Source of the DNA: Acidimicrobiales bacterium
GTDB taxonomy: Bacteria > Actinomycetota > Acidimicrobiia > Acidimicrobiales > VFJN01
Assembly: GCA_035697145.1 (NCBI GenBank)
Contig: DASSDL010000166.1
Location: 10,009 to 74,008, forward strand
DNA: 64,000 nucleotides
Direction of reading: 5' to 3'
Within the stretch, counting starts at the first letter, position 1. Each line of letters opens with the position of its first letter. This document shows positions 1-8,992 of this stretch, in pieces. A program made the position numbers and the translations under genes. The notes below the pieces were generated by a model. The model was not told the origin of the DNA and did not search any database. It was given only the letters and a program-made list of their open reading frames with translations.

Positions 1-320
1 TCGTGGTCGAGCGGTCGGACGCGCCGACGGCCCACGACGAGATCCAGTCCTATTGCATGGCCATGGGCGCCCGGCCGCGCTGGGTCCCCCATGCCGCCGT
101 CCAGGTGGAACGGGTCCTAGACCTGGTGGCGCTCGGCACCGGGATCGGCTGGCTGAACTCGTGGCAGGCCGAGCGTGCCGGCAGCCGCCAGGATGTCGTC
201 GTCCGCCCCCTGCGCCCGGTCGGGCTGTACGACGAGTTCCGCGTCGCCTGGCGGGCGGGCGATCCGTCCCCCGTGACCGCCGCGTTCGTGCGCATCGCGC
301 TCGAGACCTGCGGGGCCTGA
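1..320 (+). CDS. LysR-family transcriptional regulator, C-terminal effector-binding part (5' end lies outside the window)
   Basis: The open frame enters from the left edge and ends at TGA 318-320. The translation '...LDLVALGTGIGWLNSWQAERA...VRPLRPVGLYDEFRVAWR...' resembles the C-terminus of LysR-type regulators. GC3 is high. Confidence 0.6.
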   Translation, partial: VVERSDAPTAHDEIQSYCMAMGARPRWVPHAAVQVERVLDLVALGTGIGWLNSWQAERAGSRQDVVVRPLRPVGLYDEFRVAWRAGDPSPVTAAFVRIALETCGA

Positions 321-347
321 CCCCCAGGGCGAGCCCGCCCGCGAGGC

Positions 348-707
348 TCAGTTGCCGAGGATGGCGGCCTTCTGGGCCTCGAACTCGGCCTCGGTCAGGA
401 TGCCCTGTGCCTTAAGCTCGCCGAGCTTGGTGAGCTGTTCGAGCATGGCGTCGGTGCCGCCGGCTGGTGCCGCCGCTGGGGGCGGTGGGGGAGGCGGCGC
501 CTGCTGTGCCATCGCGTCGGCGTACTGCGCCTGCTCCTGCTGCTCCCGGTACGCGTCTGCATCGGCCGCCTGTTGCGCCTTCGCCTGCTGGCGGCGGGAC
601 ATGCCGCCGGCGACGGCGGTTGCCGTGCCAGCGACCACCGCGGTGCGTGCCACGGTGCCGACCAGGCCGGGTCGACCGACCCGGCCAAGCCCTCGTCTCC
701 TGAGCAT
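348..707 (-). CDS. SHOCT-domain protein
   Basis: Lies inside ORF 348..809. The ATG at 707 is preceded by GGGAG. The protein has a Gly/Ala-rich hydrophobic N-terminus and a Pro7 run. The C-terminal 'KLGELKAQGILTEAEFEAQKAAILG' is the SHOCT motif. Confidence 0.7.
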   Translation of the reverse strand: MLRRRGLGRVGRPGLVGTVARTAVVAGTATAVAGGMSRRQQAKAQQAADADAYREQQEQAQYADAMAQQAPPPPPPPAAAPAGGTDAMLEQLTKLGELKAQGILTEAEFEAQKAAILGN

Positions 708-747
708 GAGCTGACTCCCCTTCCGCGGTCCGTGGTTCGATCGATCG

Positions 748-1182
748 TCAGTCGCTGATCGCGCCGAGGAACTCTTGCAGCGCGTCCCGCGGGATGCGCT
801 CGTAGGCAACGACCTCGCCGTTGGCTTCTCGGATCGCCGTGGCCAGGCGTCCTGCCCACGTGTTCTCGAACATCAGCAGCGCCGCCGACGAACTCGGCGC
901 GAGCTCCTCGCCGGCGGCTTCTATGTCCTCGTCGGTGAGCAGCTCGTTGATCTCGCCGTCGACATCTTCGAACGCTGCGCCGGCCTCCCCGAGATCCGAG
1001 AGCTCGACGCCGGCGACGTTGCCGTCGGCGTCCTTGGTGATGAACACCAGATCGAGGATGCGAACGGTGCCGGAGGATACGAGGTCTCTGAGCGCCGGCG
1101 CGATGTCGCCGGTGAACTGGTTCCCGGGGAAGCCCAGGAGCACGAGATCGACGGGTGCGGTGATCTCGTCAGTTATCGCCAT
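748..1182 (-). CDS. DUF1269/DUF6325-like small protein (family name from memory)
   Basis: A 144-aa ORF with high GC3. 'DLVLLGFPGNQFTGDIAPALRDLVSSGTVRILDLVF' matches a small actinobacterial family often found next to SHOCT genes. It is on the same strand, 40 nt upstream of the SHOCT gene. Confidence 0.6.
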   Translation of the reverse strand: MAITDEITAPVDLVLLGFPGNQFTGDIAPALRDLVSSGTVRILDLVFITKDADGNVAGVELSDLGEAGAAFEDVDGEINELLTDEDIEAAGEELAPSSSAALLMFENTWAGRLATAIREANGEVVAYERIPRDALQEFLGAISD

Positions 1183-1302
1183 GACTGTCCTCCGGTCTCC
1201 TCATGAAGGTTTGCCGCCAGCGTAGGGCGCGCGCACGGGTCGCGCCTGAGGCCCGCGACGCCTGACGCGCCACGGGCGAACGGCCCGCGAGGCTTCGTCG
1301 GC

Positions 1303-2556
1303 ATGGGCTGGCACACTCGTTGTGTGCCTGCGCACATCGTCGGCACGGGGATGACCCCGTTCGGGTTCGCCCCCGAGAGCACGATCCGCTCACTGGCGAC
1401 CGCGGCCGTGGACGAGGCCCTGGCCGATGCCGGGGTCGGGGTGCGCGACATCGACATGGTGGTCTTCGCCAACGCGGGTGAGGGGGTGCTGACCGGCCAG
1501 GAGATGATCCGCGGCCAGGTCGTGTTCCACCGTTATGGGTTCGGCGGGATCCCCATCATGAACGTCGAGAACGCTTGCGCATCGGCTTCGACGGCACTGC
1601 AGGTGGCGTGCATGGCCGTGGAGACCGGCGCCGCCGGCGTCGCGGTGGCCGTCGGCGCCGAGAAGCTGACCAACCCCGACAAGCGCCGGACCATGGCCGT
1701 GTTCAGCGCGGCCGTCGACATCGACGACATGCCGGCGCTCGGGCAGCAGGTCAAGCGCGACCTGCTGGGCATCGGCGACGACGCCGGTGTGGACGTCGGG
1801 GCCGGCTCGGTCCAGTCGGCGCTCATGGACGTCTACGCCGCGACGGCCCGCCGCTTCTTCACCCGCGGTGGCGGTTCGGCGACCGACGCCGCCGTCGTCG
1901 CGGTGAAGAACCGTGCGCACGCAGCGTCCAATCCGCGGGCACAGTTCCGCGAGCCCCTCACCGTCGACCAGGTGCTCAACAGCCGGATGATCGCCGACCC
2001 ACTGCGCCTGTTGATGTGCTCGCCGGTCGCCGACGGCGCCGCCGCGGTCGTCGTGCGCTCGGAGAAGAGAGCGGGCGTACGCGGCGCGGGGCGTTCCATC
2101 CGGGTCGACGCGTGCACGCTGCGGTCCGGTGGCACGGGCGACATCGAGCACAATGGCGTTGTCCGGCGGGCGGCGGCTGCGGCCTACGAGGCGGCCGGGG
2201 TCGGCCCCACCGATCTGAATGTCGTCGAGGTGCACGACGCCGCTGCGCCGGCCGAGCTGTGGACGTACGAGCAGCTCGGCCTGTGCGAGGCCGGCGGCGC
2301 CCCCGGACTGCTGGCCGACGGCGCGACCCGACTTGGCGGCCGATGCCCGGTCAACCCAAGCGGGGGATTGTTGTCGCGGGGCCATCCGGTCGGCGCCACC
2401 GGCCTGGCACAGGTCGTCGAGCTGGCCGAGCAGCTACGCGGCCGGTGCGGTCCTCGCCAGGTCGACGGCGCCCGCGTGGCCCTGGCGCAGAACAGCGGCG
2501 GTCACCTGTCGGGCGAGGAGGCCGTGGCGGTCGTCACGATCCTGTCGGGATCGTGA
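1303..2556 (+). CDS. thiolase-family protein (SCP-x / lipid-transfer-type acyl-CoA acetyltransferase)
   Basis: Thiolase hallmarks are 'IVGTGMTPFG', the active-site region 'NVENACASASTAL', and the C-terminal 'NPSGGLLSRGHPVGATGLAQ' and 'ALAQNSGG'. The start could instead be GTG 1324. Confidence 0.85.
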   Translation: MGWHTRCVPAHIVGTGMTPFGFAPESTIRSLATAAVDEALADAGVGVRDIDMVVFANAGEGVLTGQEMIRGQVVFHRYGFGGIPIMNVENACASASTALQVACMAVETGAAGVAVAVGAEKLTNPDKRRTMAVFSAAVDIDDMPALGQQVKRDLLGIGDDAGVDVGAGSVQSALMDVYAATARRFFTRGGGSATDAAVVAVKNRAHAASNPRAQFREPLTVDQVLNSRMIADPLRLLMCSPVADGAAAVVVRSEKRAGVRGAGRSIRVDACTLRSGGTGDIEHNGVVRRAAAAAYEAAGVGPTDLNVVEVHDAAAPAELWTYEQLGLCEAGGAPGLLADGATRLGGRCPVNPSGGLLSRGHPVGATGLAQVVELAEQLRGRCGPRQVDGARVALAQNSGGHLSGEEAVAVVTILSGS

Positions 2557-2562
2557 CCTCGT

Positions 2563-3828
2563 TCACGTGTCCCCGTCGACGGCATTCATGACCGAGCGCC
2601 GGACACCGCTGCGGCTGGTGGCCGCCCGCGCCATCGCGGTGGCAAGCACGGCGGTGTTCCGGGCGCCTCCCGGCACTGCGCCGTCGAGTAGTTCGTTCCA
2701 GTACACGGCCCATCCGCCGGCGAGCGCCCGCCCGACCCCGGGGGCTGTGAGGAGCCGCCCCGTCGCGGCGACGACCCTGGCGCGCCGCACGAGCACGGCC
2801 TGCACGGCTGCGTTGGAGGCGTGGAACCCGGCGTAGCGCTGCGCCAGGAACGAGCGGTAGTGGCCGGCCGGGGCCGCCGGGCACGCGAGCACGGCCTCGG
2901 CGGCCGCCCGGCCGCTGGCCAGGGCCTCGGAGATCCCCTCGCCCTGGAGCGGGTTGACCAGCCCGGCCGCATCGCCGGCGAGCAGGACGCGGCCGCGCGC
3001 CGGTGTCGTTCCCACCATCCCCATCTTGAGCCAGCCGCCGAGACGCGCGGCGGGGAGGCGCGCAGCGTGATCGAACAGCCCGAAGCGGTTGAGCACACCG
3101 ACGAAGGCGCCCAGCGATCGGGCCGCATGGCCGGCCGCTGCTCGGTCGCCGAGCACGCCGACCCCGACTCCGAGGTTGGCCTGCGCCCCGGGTCCGGGGA
3201 AGACCCAGCCGTAGCCGGGGAAGCCGCGCCAGCGAGCCTCCTCCCACAACACGATGGTGGGCAGGTCGACCGGTGCGTCGATGTAGGAGCGCAGCGCGAA
3301 GCCCCACAGCACCCGGCGCTCGTCGATCAGGCCGGCCGCCGCCGCCACCCGGCTCGTCGCCCCGTCTGCGCCGATCACGACATCGGCGTGCAGCCTCGAT
3401 CCATCCGACAGCTCGAATCCGCCCAACTGCCCGTCGTCGAGGATCGGTGTGGCGGCGCGGGCGGTGCGCGCGACGCTGCCGGCGTCGAGGGCGGCGGTGC
3501 GGAGCGTCTGGTCGAGCGCGAGCCGGGGCAGCGCGACCCCATGGCCCGGATACGTTCGGCCGGGTCGGCACGGCAACCGGACGGACCTCCCGGTCGGGCC
3601 AACGACGCGCATGTCACCCACCCGCTCAGCCTCGGGCAGCCGCACACCGAGGTCGTCGAGCACCTGCACTCCCCGGGGGCCGACGAGGTCGCCACACGCC
3701 TTGTCCCGCGGAAACGAGGCCTTGTCGACGAGCGCGACTCGCGCCCCGGCTCGCGCGAGAACCAGGGCAGCAACGCTGCCTGCCGGTCCGGCTCCGATCA
3801 CCGCGACGTCAGCGCGCTTCGCAGCCAC
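2563..3828 (-). CDS. geranylgeranyl-reductase-family FAD-dependent oxidoreductase (MenJ-like)
   Basis: Lies inside ORF 2563..4110. It has the dinucleotide fold 'DVAVIGAGPAGSVAALVLARAGARVALVDK' followed by 'ACGDLV'. I chose GTG 3828 because ATG 3918 would overlap the divergent methyltransferase start. Confidence 0.8.
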   Translation of the reverse strand: MAAKRADVAVIGAGPAGSVAALVLARAGARVALVDKASFPRDKACGDLVGPRGVQVLDDLGVRLPEAERVGDMRVVGPTGRSVRLPCRPGRTYPGHGVALPRLALDQTLRTAALDAGSVARTARAATPILDDGQLGGFELSDGSRLHADVVIGADGATSRVAAAAGLIDERRVLWGFALRSYIDAPVDLPTIVLWEEARWRGFPGYGWVFPGPGAQANLGVGVGVLGDRAAAGHAARSLGAFVGVLNRFGLFDHAARLPAARLGGWLKMGMVGTTPARGRVLLAGDAAGLVNPLQGEGISEALASGRAAAEAVLACPAAPAGHYRSFLAQRYAGFHASNAAVQAVLVRRARVVAATGRLLTAPGVGRALAGGWAVYWNELLDGAVPGGARNTAVLATAMARAATSRSGVRRSVMNAVDGDT

Positions 3829-3878
3829 TAGCGGGTCCGCTCCGTGGGTAGAGTCGGCAAACGGCCCGAAATGGCGAG

Positions 3879-4616
3879 GTGCCTGTGCTGACCCGGTCGC
3901 GTCAGGATCCCACCACATTCGCGCAGCAGCTCTTCCAGGGCCTGCCCCGGCGCTACGACCTGCTCGCCGAGGCATTGTCCTTCGGCCAGAACCGGCGCTG
4001 GCGGCGGGCCATGGTCGACAGGGTCGTCGAGCGCGGGCCGGCGACCGTGCTCGACGTCGCCACCGGCACTGCGGGCGTCGCCGTCCAGCTCGCCCGCCGG
4101 GCGGGTGCACGAGTCACCGGGATCGACGTCACCGAGGCGATGCTGCGGCGCGGCCAGGCTGCAGTCCAGCAGGAGGGCCTACAGGCGCGGATCGCGCTGG
4201 TCTCCGGTCAGGCCGAAGGGCTCCCGTTCCCCGACGCCACGTTCGACGCGCTGACGTTCACCTACCTGCTGCGCTACGTCGCCGACCCGGCGGCCACGAT
4301 CGCCGAGCTGGCCCGGGTCGTCCGCCCGGGCGGCACCGTCGCCAGCCTCGAGTTCCACGTCCCGCCCCAGGCGCTGCTGCGCGGCGCCTGGTGGCTCTAC
4401 ACGCGGCTGTGCCTGCCGGTCCTGGGAGGGTTGGCGGGCAGGGAGTGGTACCGCGTCGGCCGCTTCCTCGGCCCGAGCATCTCCGCCCACTACGACCGCT
4501 ACCCCGACTCATGGACCGTCGATGCCTGGCAGCGGGCCGGCATCTCCGACGTCGGCGTCCGCCTGATGAGCCTGGGGGGAGGGGTCGTGATGTGGGGGCG
4601 CCGCACCGATGGCTGA
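3879..4616 (+). CDS. class I SAM-dependent methyltransferase, UbiE/MenG (COQ5) family
   Basis: 245 aa with a GTG start. It has a UbiE-like N-terminal region 'YDLLAEALSFGQNRRWRRA', the SAM motif 'VLDVATGTAGVA', and 'ADPAATIAELARVVRPGG'. Confidence 0.8.
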   Translation: MPVLTRSRQDPTTFAQQLFQGLPRRYDLLAEALSFGQNRRWRRAMVDRVVERGPATVLDVATGTAGVAVQLARRAGARVTGIDVTEAMLRRGQAAVQQEGLQARIALVSGQAEGLPFPDATFDALTFTYLLRYVADPAATIAELARVVRPGGTVASLEFHVPPQALLRGAWWLYTRLCLPVLGGLAGREWYRVGRFLGPSISAHYDRYPDSWTVDAWQRAGISDVGVRLMSLGGGVVMWGRRTDG

Positions 4617-5331
4617 CCGTCGCCCCGCGTTCTACGCCGCCACCGGTCGCGTCGGCGACTGGTGGACGCTCCTGCACCCGCCGTACACCGCGTGGCACCT
4701 CTCCTACGTGGCCATCGGTGCCGCCCTGGCGCCACGGCTCGACGCCGAGCGGCTCGTCGCCACGCTGCTCGCGTTCTTCCTCGCCGTGGGGATCGCCGCG
4801 CACGCGCTCGACGAGCTGAACGGCCGGCCCCTGCGCACCTCGATCCCGTCCTCGGTGCTAGCCATCGCCGCCGCCACCGCCCTCGCCGGCGCCGTCGCCA
4901 TCGGGGTCGTCGGCGTCACCCGGACTGGCCTCGTGCTCGTCCCCTTCGTGGTCGTCGGCGCATTCCTGGTGGCCGCCTACAACCTCGAGCTGCTCCACGG
5001 CCGGTTCCACACCGACGCCATGTTTGCGGCCGCCTGGGGTGCCTTCCCGGTGCTCACCGCCTACGTCGCCCAGGCGGAACGGTTGGGGGCCCCGGCGCTG
5101 CTCGCCGCCGCGGCCGCCTACGCCGTGTCGAGGGCGCAACGAAGCCTGAGCAGCAGCGTCCGCTTCGTGCGCCGGCAGACCGACCGGGTCGACATCGCGC
5201 TCGACCTGCGGAACGGCGGCGAGCGCACGGCCCACGAGGAGCTCCTGCTCGACCCCCCCGAAGCGGCCCTCCGCACCCTCTCCTGGGGTCTTCCGGTGCT
5301 TGCCGCGGCGCTCGTCGTGGCACGCATATAG
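4609..5331 (+). CDS. polytopic membrane protein of unknown function
   Basis: 240 aa with about 7 hydrophobic helices and high GC3. Its ATG overlaps the methyltransferase stop by 8 nt. It has a loop motif 'HALDELNGRPL'. I recognise no family with confidence. Confidence 0.65.
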   Translation: MADRRPAFYAATGRVGDWWTLLHPPYTAWHLSYVAIGAALAPRLDAERLVATLLAFFLAVGIAAHALDELNGRPLRTSIPSSVLAIAAATALAGAVAIGVVGVTRTGLVLVPFVVVGAFLVAAYNLELLHGRFHTDAMFAAAWGAFPVLTAYVAQAERLGAPALLAAAAAYAVSRAQRSLSSSVRFVRRQTDRVDIALDLRNGGERTAHEELLLDPPEAALRTLSWGLPVLAAALVVARI

Positions 5332-5378
5332 CGAGCGGCCGCGGAGGCCCTTGGATACCCGTCCGTACACTGACCGGC

Positions 5379-8300
5379 GTGATCTGCCCCGGCTGTGGTG
5401 GCGACAATCCCGACGGCGCTCGGTTCTGCTCCAACTGCGGCACCGACCTGCAGGCGCGCGGTGACGAACGGCGAGTCGTCACGGTGCTGTTCGCCGACCT
5501 GGTGGGCTTCACGGCGCTTTCGGAAGACCGCGATCCCGAGCAGGTCAAACGGCTGGTCGACCGCTGCTTCGAGCGCCTGGTCGTGGACATCGAGGCCTTC
5601 GGCGGCCGGGTCGACAAGATCGTCGGCGATGCCATCCTGGCGTTGTTCGGCGCCCCGATCGCCCACGAGGACGACGCTGAGAGGGCGGTGCGGGCGGCGC
5701 TCCAGTTCCATCGCACGCTCGACGAAGCCCGGGCGGATCTGGGTGTCGACGTGCGCCTCCGCGTGGGCGTGAACACCGGCGAGGTGCTGGTGGGCTCGCT
5801 GCGAGCGGGGGGCGACTACACGGCGATGGGCGACGTGGTGAACACCGCCCAGCGGCTGCAGTCGGCGGCCGAGCCCGGGCAAGTGCTGGTCGGCCAGGCC
5901 ACGTACCTCCCTACCCGCCGGGTCGTCACCTATCGCTCGGTCGGGACCATCGTGGCCAAGGGCAGGAACGCACCGGTGTCGGCGTGGGTGGCCGAGGGCG
6001 CCCGGCTGCCGCCCGGTTACCGCCCCGACCGGCATCGGGCGCCGCTCGTCGGCCGGGACGACGAGGTTGCGCTCCTTTCCCACACGCTCGACCTCGCGGT
6101 CGGCCAGGGCCGCGCCGCGCTGCTCTTGCTCGTCGGCGACGCGGGCGTGGGGAAGTCGCGGGTCGTCGAGCAGGTCGCCGAAGTGGCGCGCGGCTGTCAC
6201 GACGGCATCGTGTTGCAGGGCCGCTGCGTCCCGTACGGCGAGGCCAACGTGTGGTGGCCGCTGGCCGAGGCGGTGCGCTCCGGCTGCGACCTCGAGCCCG
6301 GCGACGATCAGGAGACCGCTACCAGCAAGGTCCGCGCCGTGGTCGCCGACGTCACGGGCACCGGCGACGAGACGGATCGGATCGTCGAGGGCGTGTTGCA
6401 CCTGCTCGGGTTCGACGTCCTCCGTGGGATCGACGCGGCGCGGGCGCGGGACGAGGCGACCGGTGCTCTGCTCGCGTTCGCCGCCGCGGTGGCCCGACAG
6501 CGCCCGCTGGTGATCGTGCTCTCCGACCTGCACTGGGCGGACAGCGCCGTGCTGGGCGTGTTGGAGGCTCTGCTCGAGCGCAATGCCCGGCAGCCCATCG
6601 TCGTGCTCGCCACGGCGCGGCCGGCGCTGGCCGAGCGCTGGTCGCCGCCGGAGGGCGGGCATCACTCGGTCGTGGTCCACGTCGATCCCCTCGATCGCGA
6701 CGCCGCCACCCGGGTGTTGCACCTCCTCGCCGACGACAAGACCGTCGCGCTCGACGACACGGTGGTTGCCGAGCTGCTCGACAGGGCGGGCGGCAACCCG
6801 CTCTTCCTCGAGGAGCTGGTGTCGTGGCTGGAGGAATCCCGCTCGACCGCCCTGCCCGACACGCTGCGCGGCCTGGTGGCCGCCCGGCTCGATGGGCTGA
6901 CGCCGCAAGAGCGCCTCGTTCTCGAGGACGCCGCGGTGCTGGGTTCCCGGGGGCAGGTCGAGTGGCTGGCGACCATGCATCGGGAGGCGCACGGGGGCGA
7001 CGGCGCCGTTCGCAGCGTGCTCGGTGAACTGCAGGCCAAGGATCTGGTCGCCCTCGACGGCGAGTCGTGGGAGTTTCGCTCCGAGGTCGTGCGAGAGGTC
7101 ACCTACGGCACGATGACCAAGGAGCGGCGGGCCGCGGTGCATGCCGGCATCGCCAAATGGCTCGAACGCGAGGAGCGCCCCCACCACGACGCCGTCGTCG
7201 ATCGCATCGCGCACCACTACGCGAGGGCCGCGGCGTTGACGGCCGAGCTGGGGGGCTCGCCGGACGTACCGCGCGACGTCGGGGCCCGGGCCGTGCGGTG
7301 GTTGCGTTCCGCCGGAGACCGCGCCACGCAGGCGGACATGCCCCGGCGGGCGGCGCGGCTCTTCTCCGAGGCGCTGATCGCGCTCGACAGCGGCGTGACC
7401 TACGCGGCTGATGGCGGCGATCCGGCCGACACAAACGATCGCATTCCCCTGCTGCTCTCGCGGTCGGCGGCCTACGCCGAGCTGCGCGAGGTTGAGCCGG
7501 CGCGGGCCGACGCCGACGCTGCGCGTGCCCTGGCGGAGGCCGCCGGGGACGAGCGGGCCGCAGTGCGGGCGACCGTCGCCGTCGCCGAGGCCGCCCTGCG
7601 CGGCGGCTCGCGGGACGAAGCCGAGGCCCTGCTGGACGAGGCGCTGACTCGGGCCGAGGCCGCGGGCGACGACGAGGGCCGAGCGACTGCGCTACGGGTG
7701 CGGGGGTTCGCGGCCCTGCTCTGCAACGACCCCGAGACGGCGATCGCCTCCCTCGAGCCGGCCCGGGAGCTGTACGCGGCATTGGGCGATCGGCGCGGGC
7801 TCGCCTGGGCGTTGCAGAACCTCTCCTGGGCACACTTCGTCGCGGGGCGCATCGACGACGCCGAAGCCCTCCTCCATGACTCGGCCGCCCTCTTCGCCGA
7901 TCTCGGTGATCGGGGCGGGCTGGGATGGGCGCTGGGCCTGCTGGCGTTCACGCGCTTCCATTCCGGGTACCCAGACGAAGCGGAGGCGATGGCCGAGCAG
8001 GTCTTCAGAGGCGCCGAGGCGGCGGGCGACCGGTGGGCCGTGGGCATGGGGCAGGTGCTCACCGCCAGCATTCGGCTGTGGACGGGACGGGCCGAGTCGG
8101 CCATCGAGCGAGCCCGGGAGGCCCTGGCGACCTTCGACGCCATCGACGACGACTATGGCCGGGCGCAGGCGCGGCTGCCGCTGGGCCGAGCGCTGGTGAC
8201 GGCGGGGCGGGTTGCCGAGGGGTTCGAGGTCCTGGAACAAGCCCGGGTGGCGCTGCTCCCCAGCCACTCGCCACGGTTCACGGAGTTCTCGGCGACCGGG

Positions 8301-8930
8301 CTGTTGAGCGCCGCGGTCCAGGTCGGCGACCGGGATCGGGCAACCGCGGCGGTAGCCGTCCTCCCCGAAGCGGAGCTCTCGTCCGACGACCTCGCCACCG
8401 CGGGCACGAGCGAGCACCTCGTGTCGCGGGCGTTGCTGGCGCTCCAGTCCGCCCGTCCGGACGAGGCGCTCGAACTGCTGTGCGAGCTGGACCGCGCGAC
8501 CGGGGAGCGCAGCAGGGTGGGCTACCCCGGGGCCGTCACCGCCCTAGCCCTGGCCGCCGCCGGCCGGGTCGACGACGCACTCGCCGCCGCTGAGATGGTG
8601 GAGGGTGACGACCGGTCGACCTATCTCGACCGGTCGTGGGCAGGGCTGGCCGCAGGAGCGGCGGCCGCCCGCTGCGGTCGTCGTGCCGCCGTCGACGCCC
8701 GGTTCCCCGAGCTCTGTGCGCGGGTCGACGCGACGGACGATCGCATAGCGCAGGCTGTTGTCCGGCTCGGTTGGGCCATGGCGCTCGAGGTCGTCGGGGA
8801 TGCAGCTGCCTCGTCGCTACTCGCAGAGTCGTCGGATCGCTTCGCGAGCCTCGGCATCGACTCCGGCGGTTGGGCGGCGGTCATCCAGCAGGCCGTGGGG
8901 CTGACGCCGGCGGAGCCCGCTCCCGCCTGA
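5379..8930 (+). CDS. zinc-ribbon / class III adenylate-guanylate cyclase / STAND-type AAA ATPase / TPR signalling protein
   Basis: Lies inside ORF 4662..8930. GTG 5379 opens 'ICPGCGGDNPDGARFCSNCG' (zinc ribbon). The cyclase core is 'VVTVLFADLVGFTALSE...GDAILALFGAP...RVGVNTGEVLVG'. There is a Walker A 'GDAGVGKS' and an Ala/Leu-rich TPR-like C-terminus with no HTH. Confidence 0.85.
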   Translation: MICPGCGGDNPDGARFCSNCGTDLQARGDERRVVTVLFADLVGFTALSEDRDPEQVKRLVDRCFERLVVDIEAFGGRVDKIVGDAILALFGAPIAHEDDAERAVRAALQFHRTLDEARADLGVDVRLRVGVNTGEVLVGSLRAGGDYTAMGDVVNTAQRLQSAAEPGQVLVGQATYLPTRRVVTYRSVGTIVAKGRNAPVSAWVAEGARLPPGYRPDRHRAPLVGRDDEVALLSHTLDLAVGQGRAALLLLVGDAGVGKSRVVEQVAEVARGCHDGIVLQGRCVPYGEANVWWPLAEAVRSGCDLEPGDDQETATSKVRAVVADVTGTGDETDRIVEGVLHLLGFDVLRGIDAARARDEATGALLAFAAAVARQRPLVIVLSDLHWADSAVLGVLEALLERNARQPIVVLATARPALAERWSPPEGGHHSVVVHVDPLDRDAATRVLHLLADDKTVALDDTVVAELLDRAGGNPLFLEELVSWLEESRSTALPDTLRGLVAARLDGLTPQERLVLEDAAVLGSRGQVEWLATMHREAHGGDGAVRSVLGELQAKDLVALDGESWEFRSEVVREVTYGTMTKERRAAVHAGIAKWLEREERPHHDAVVDRIAHHYARAAALTAELGGSPDVPRDVGARAVRWLRSAGDRATQADMPRRAARLFSEALIALDSGVTYAADGGDPADTNDRIPLLLSRSAAYAELREVEPARADADAARALAEAAGDERAAVRATVAVAEAALRGGSRDEAEALLDEALTRAEAAGDDEGRATALRVRGFAALLCNDPETAIASLEPARELYAALGDRRGLAWALQNLSWAHFVAGRIDDAEALLHDSAALFADLGDRGGLGWALGLLAFTRFHSGYPDEAEAMAEQVFRGAEAAGDRWAVGMGQVLTASIRLWTGRAESAIERAREALATFDAIDDDYGRAQARLPLGRALVTAGRVAEGFEVLEQARVALLPSHSPRFTEFSATGLLSAAVQVGDRDRATAAVAVLPEAELSSDDLATAGTSEHLVSRALLALQSARPDEALELLCELDRATGERSRVGYPGAVTALALAAAGRVDDALAAAEMVEGDDRSTYLDRSWAGLAAGAAAARCGRRAAVDARFPELCARVDATDDRIAQAVVRLGWAMALEVVGDAAASSLLAESSDRFASLGIDSGGWAAVIQQAVGLTPAEPAPA

Positions 8931-8992
8931 CGGTCCGGGTTCGGGGTGCGGGCGGCGGCGCGCGGAAACCCGGACGTCCACTGGCGGCGGGT

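Noticed and set aside
3829-3918. A longer start (ATG 3918 or 4110) for the GG-reductase-family gene.
   Set aside because: It would overlap the divergent methyltransferase start at 3879 and add an Arg/Pro-rich, non-conserved leader. The FAD-binding fold begins right after GTG 3828.
4662-5378. The N-terminal 239 codons of the 1422-aa ORF 4662..8930, considered as part of the cyclase protein.
   Set aside because: This part overlaps the well-formed membrane-protein gene 4609..5331 in another frame and translates to Arg/Pro-rich junk. Recognisable sequence starts at the zinc ribbon at GTG 5379.
5118-7217. Long antisense and shadow ORFs. Examples are 5118..7217 (-), 16008..18095 (-), 38598..40775 (-), 42009..43388 (-), 55341..56372 (-), 57626..59911 (+), 44249..44941 (+) and many Arg/Pro/Gly-rich ORFs.
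   Set aside because: They lie opposite or out of frame to genes with clear family motifs. Their translations are low-complexity and Arg/Gly/Pro-rich. This is the expected artefact of stop-codon-poor, high-GC DNA.
5379-8930. The cyclase-STAND protein as part of a cyclic-nucleotide antiphage system (Pycsar/CBASS-like).
   Set aside because: There is no adjacent effector (TIR, TM, nuclease or patatin) and no cyclic-nucleotide receptor gene. The architecture matches housekeeping-type actinobacterial cyclase/ATPase regulators.
8963-8991. The hairpin AAACCCG-n15-CGGGTTT between the convergent cyclase and hypothetical genes, considered as a terminator.
   Set aside because: It has a 7-bp stem with a 15-nt loop and no T-tract, which is too weak to call.
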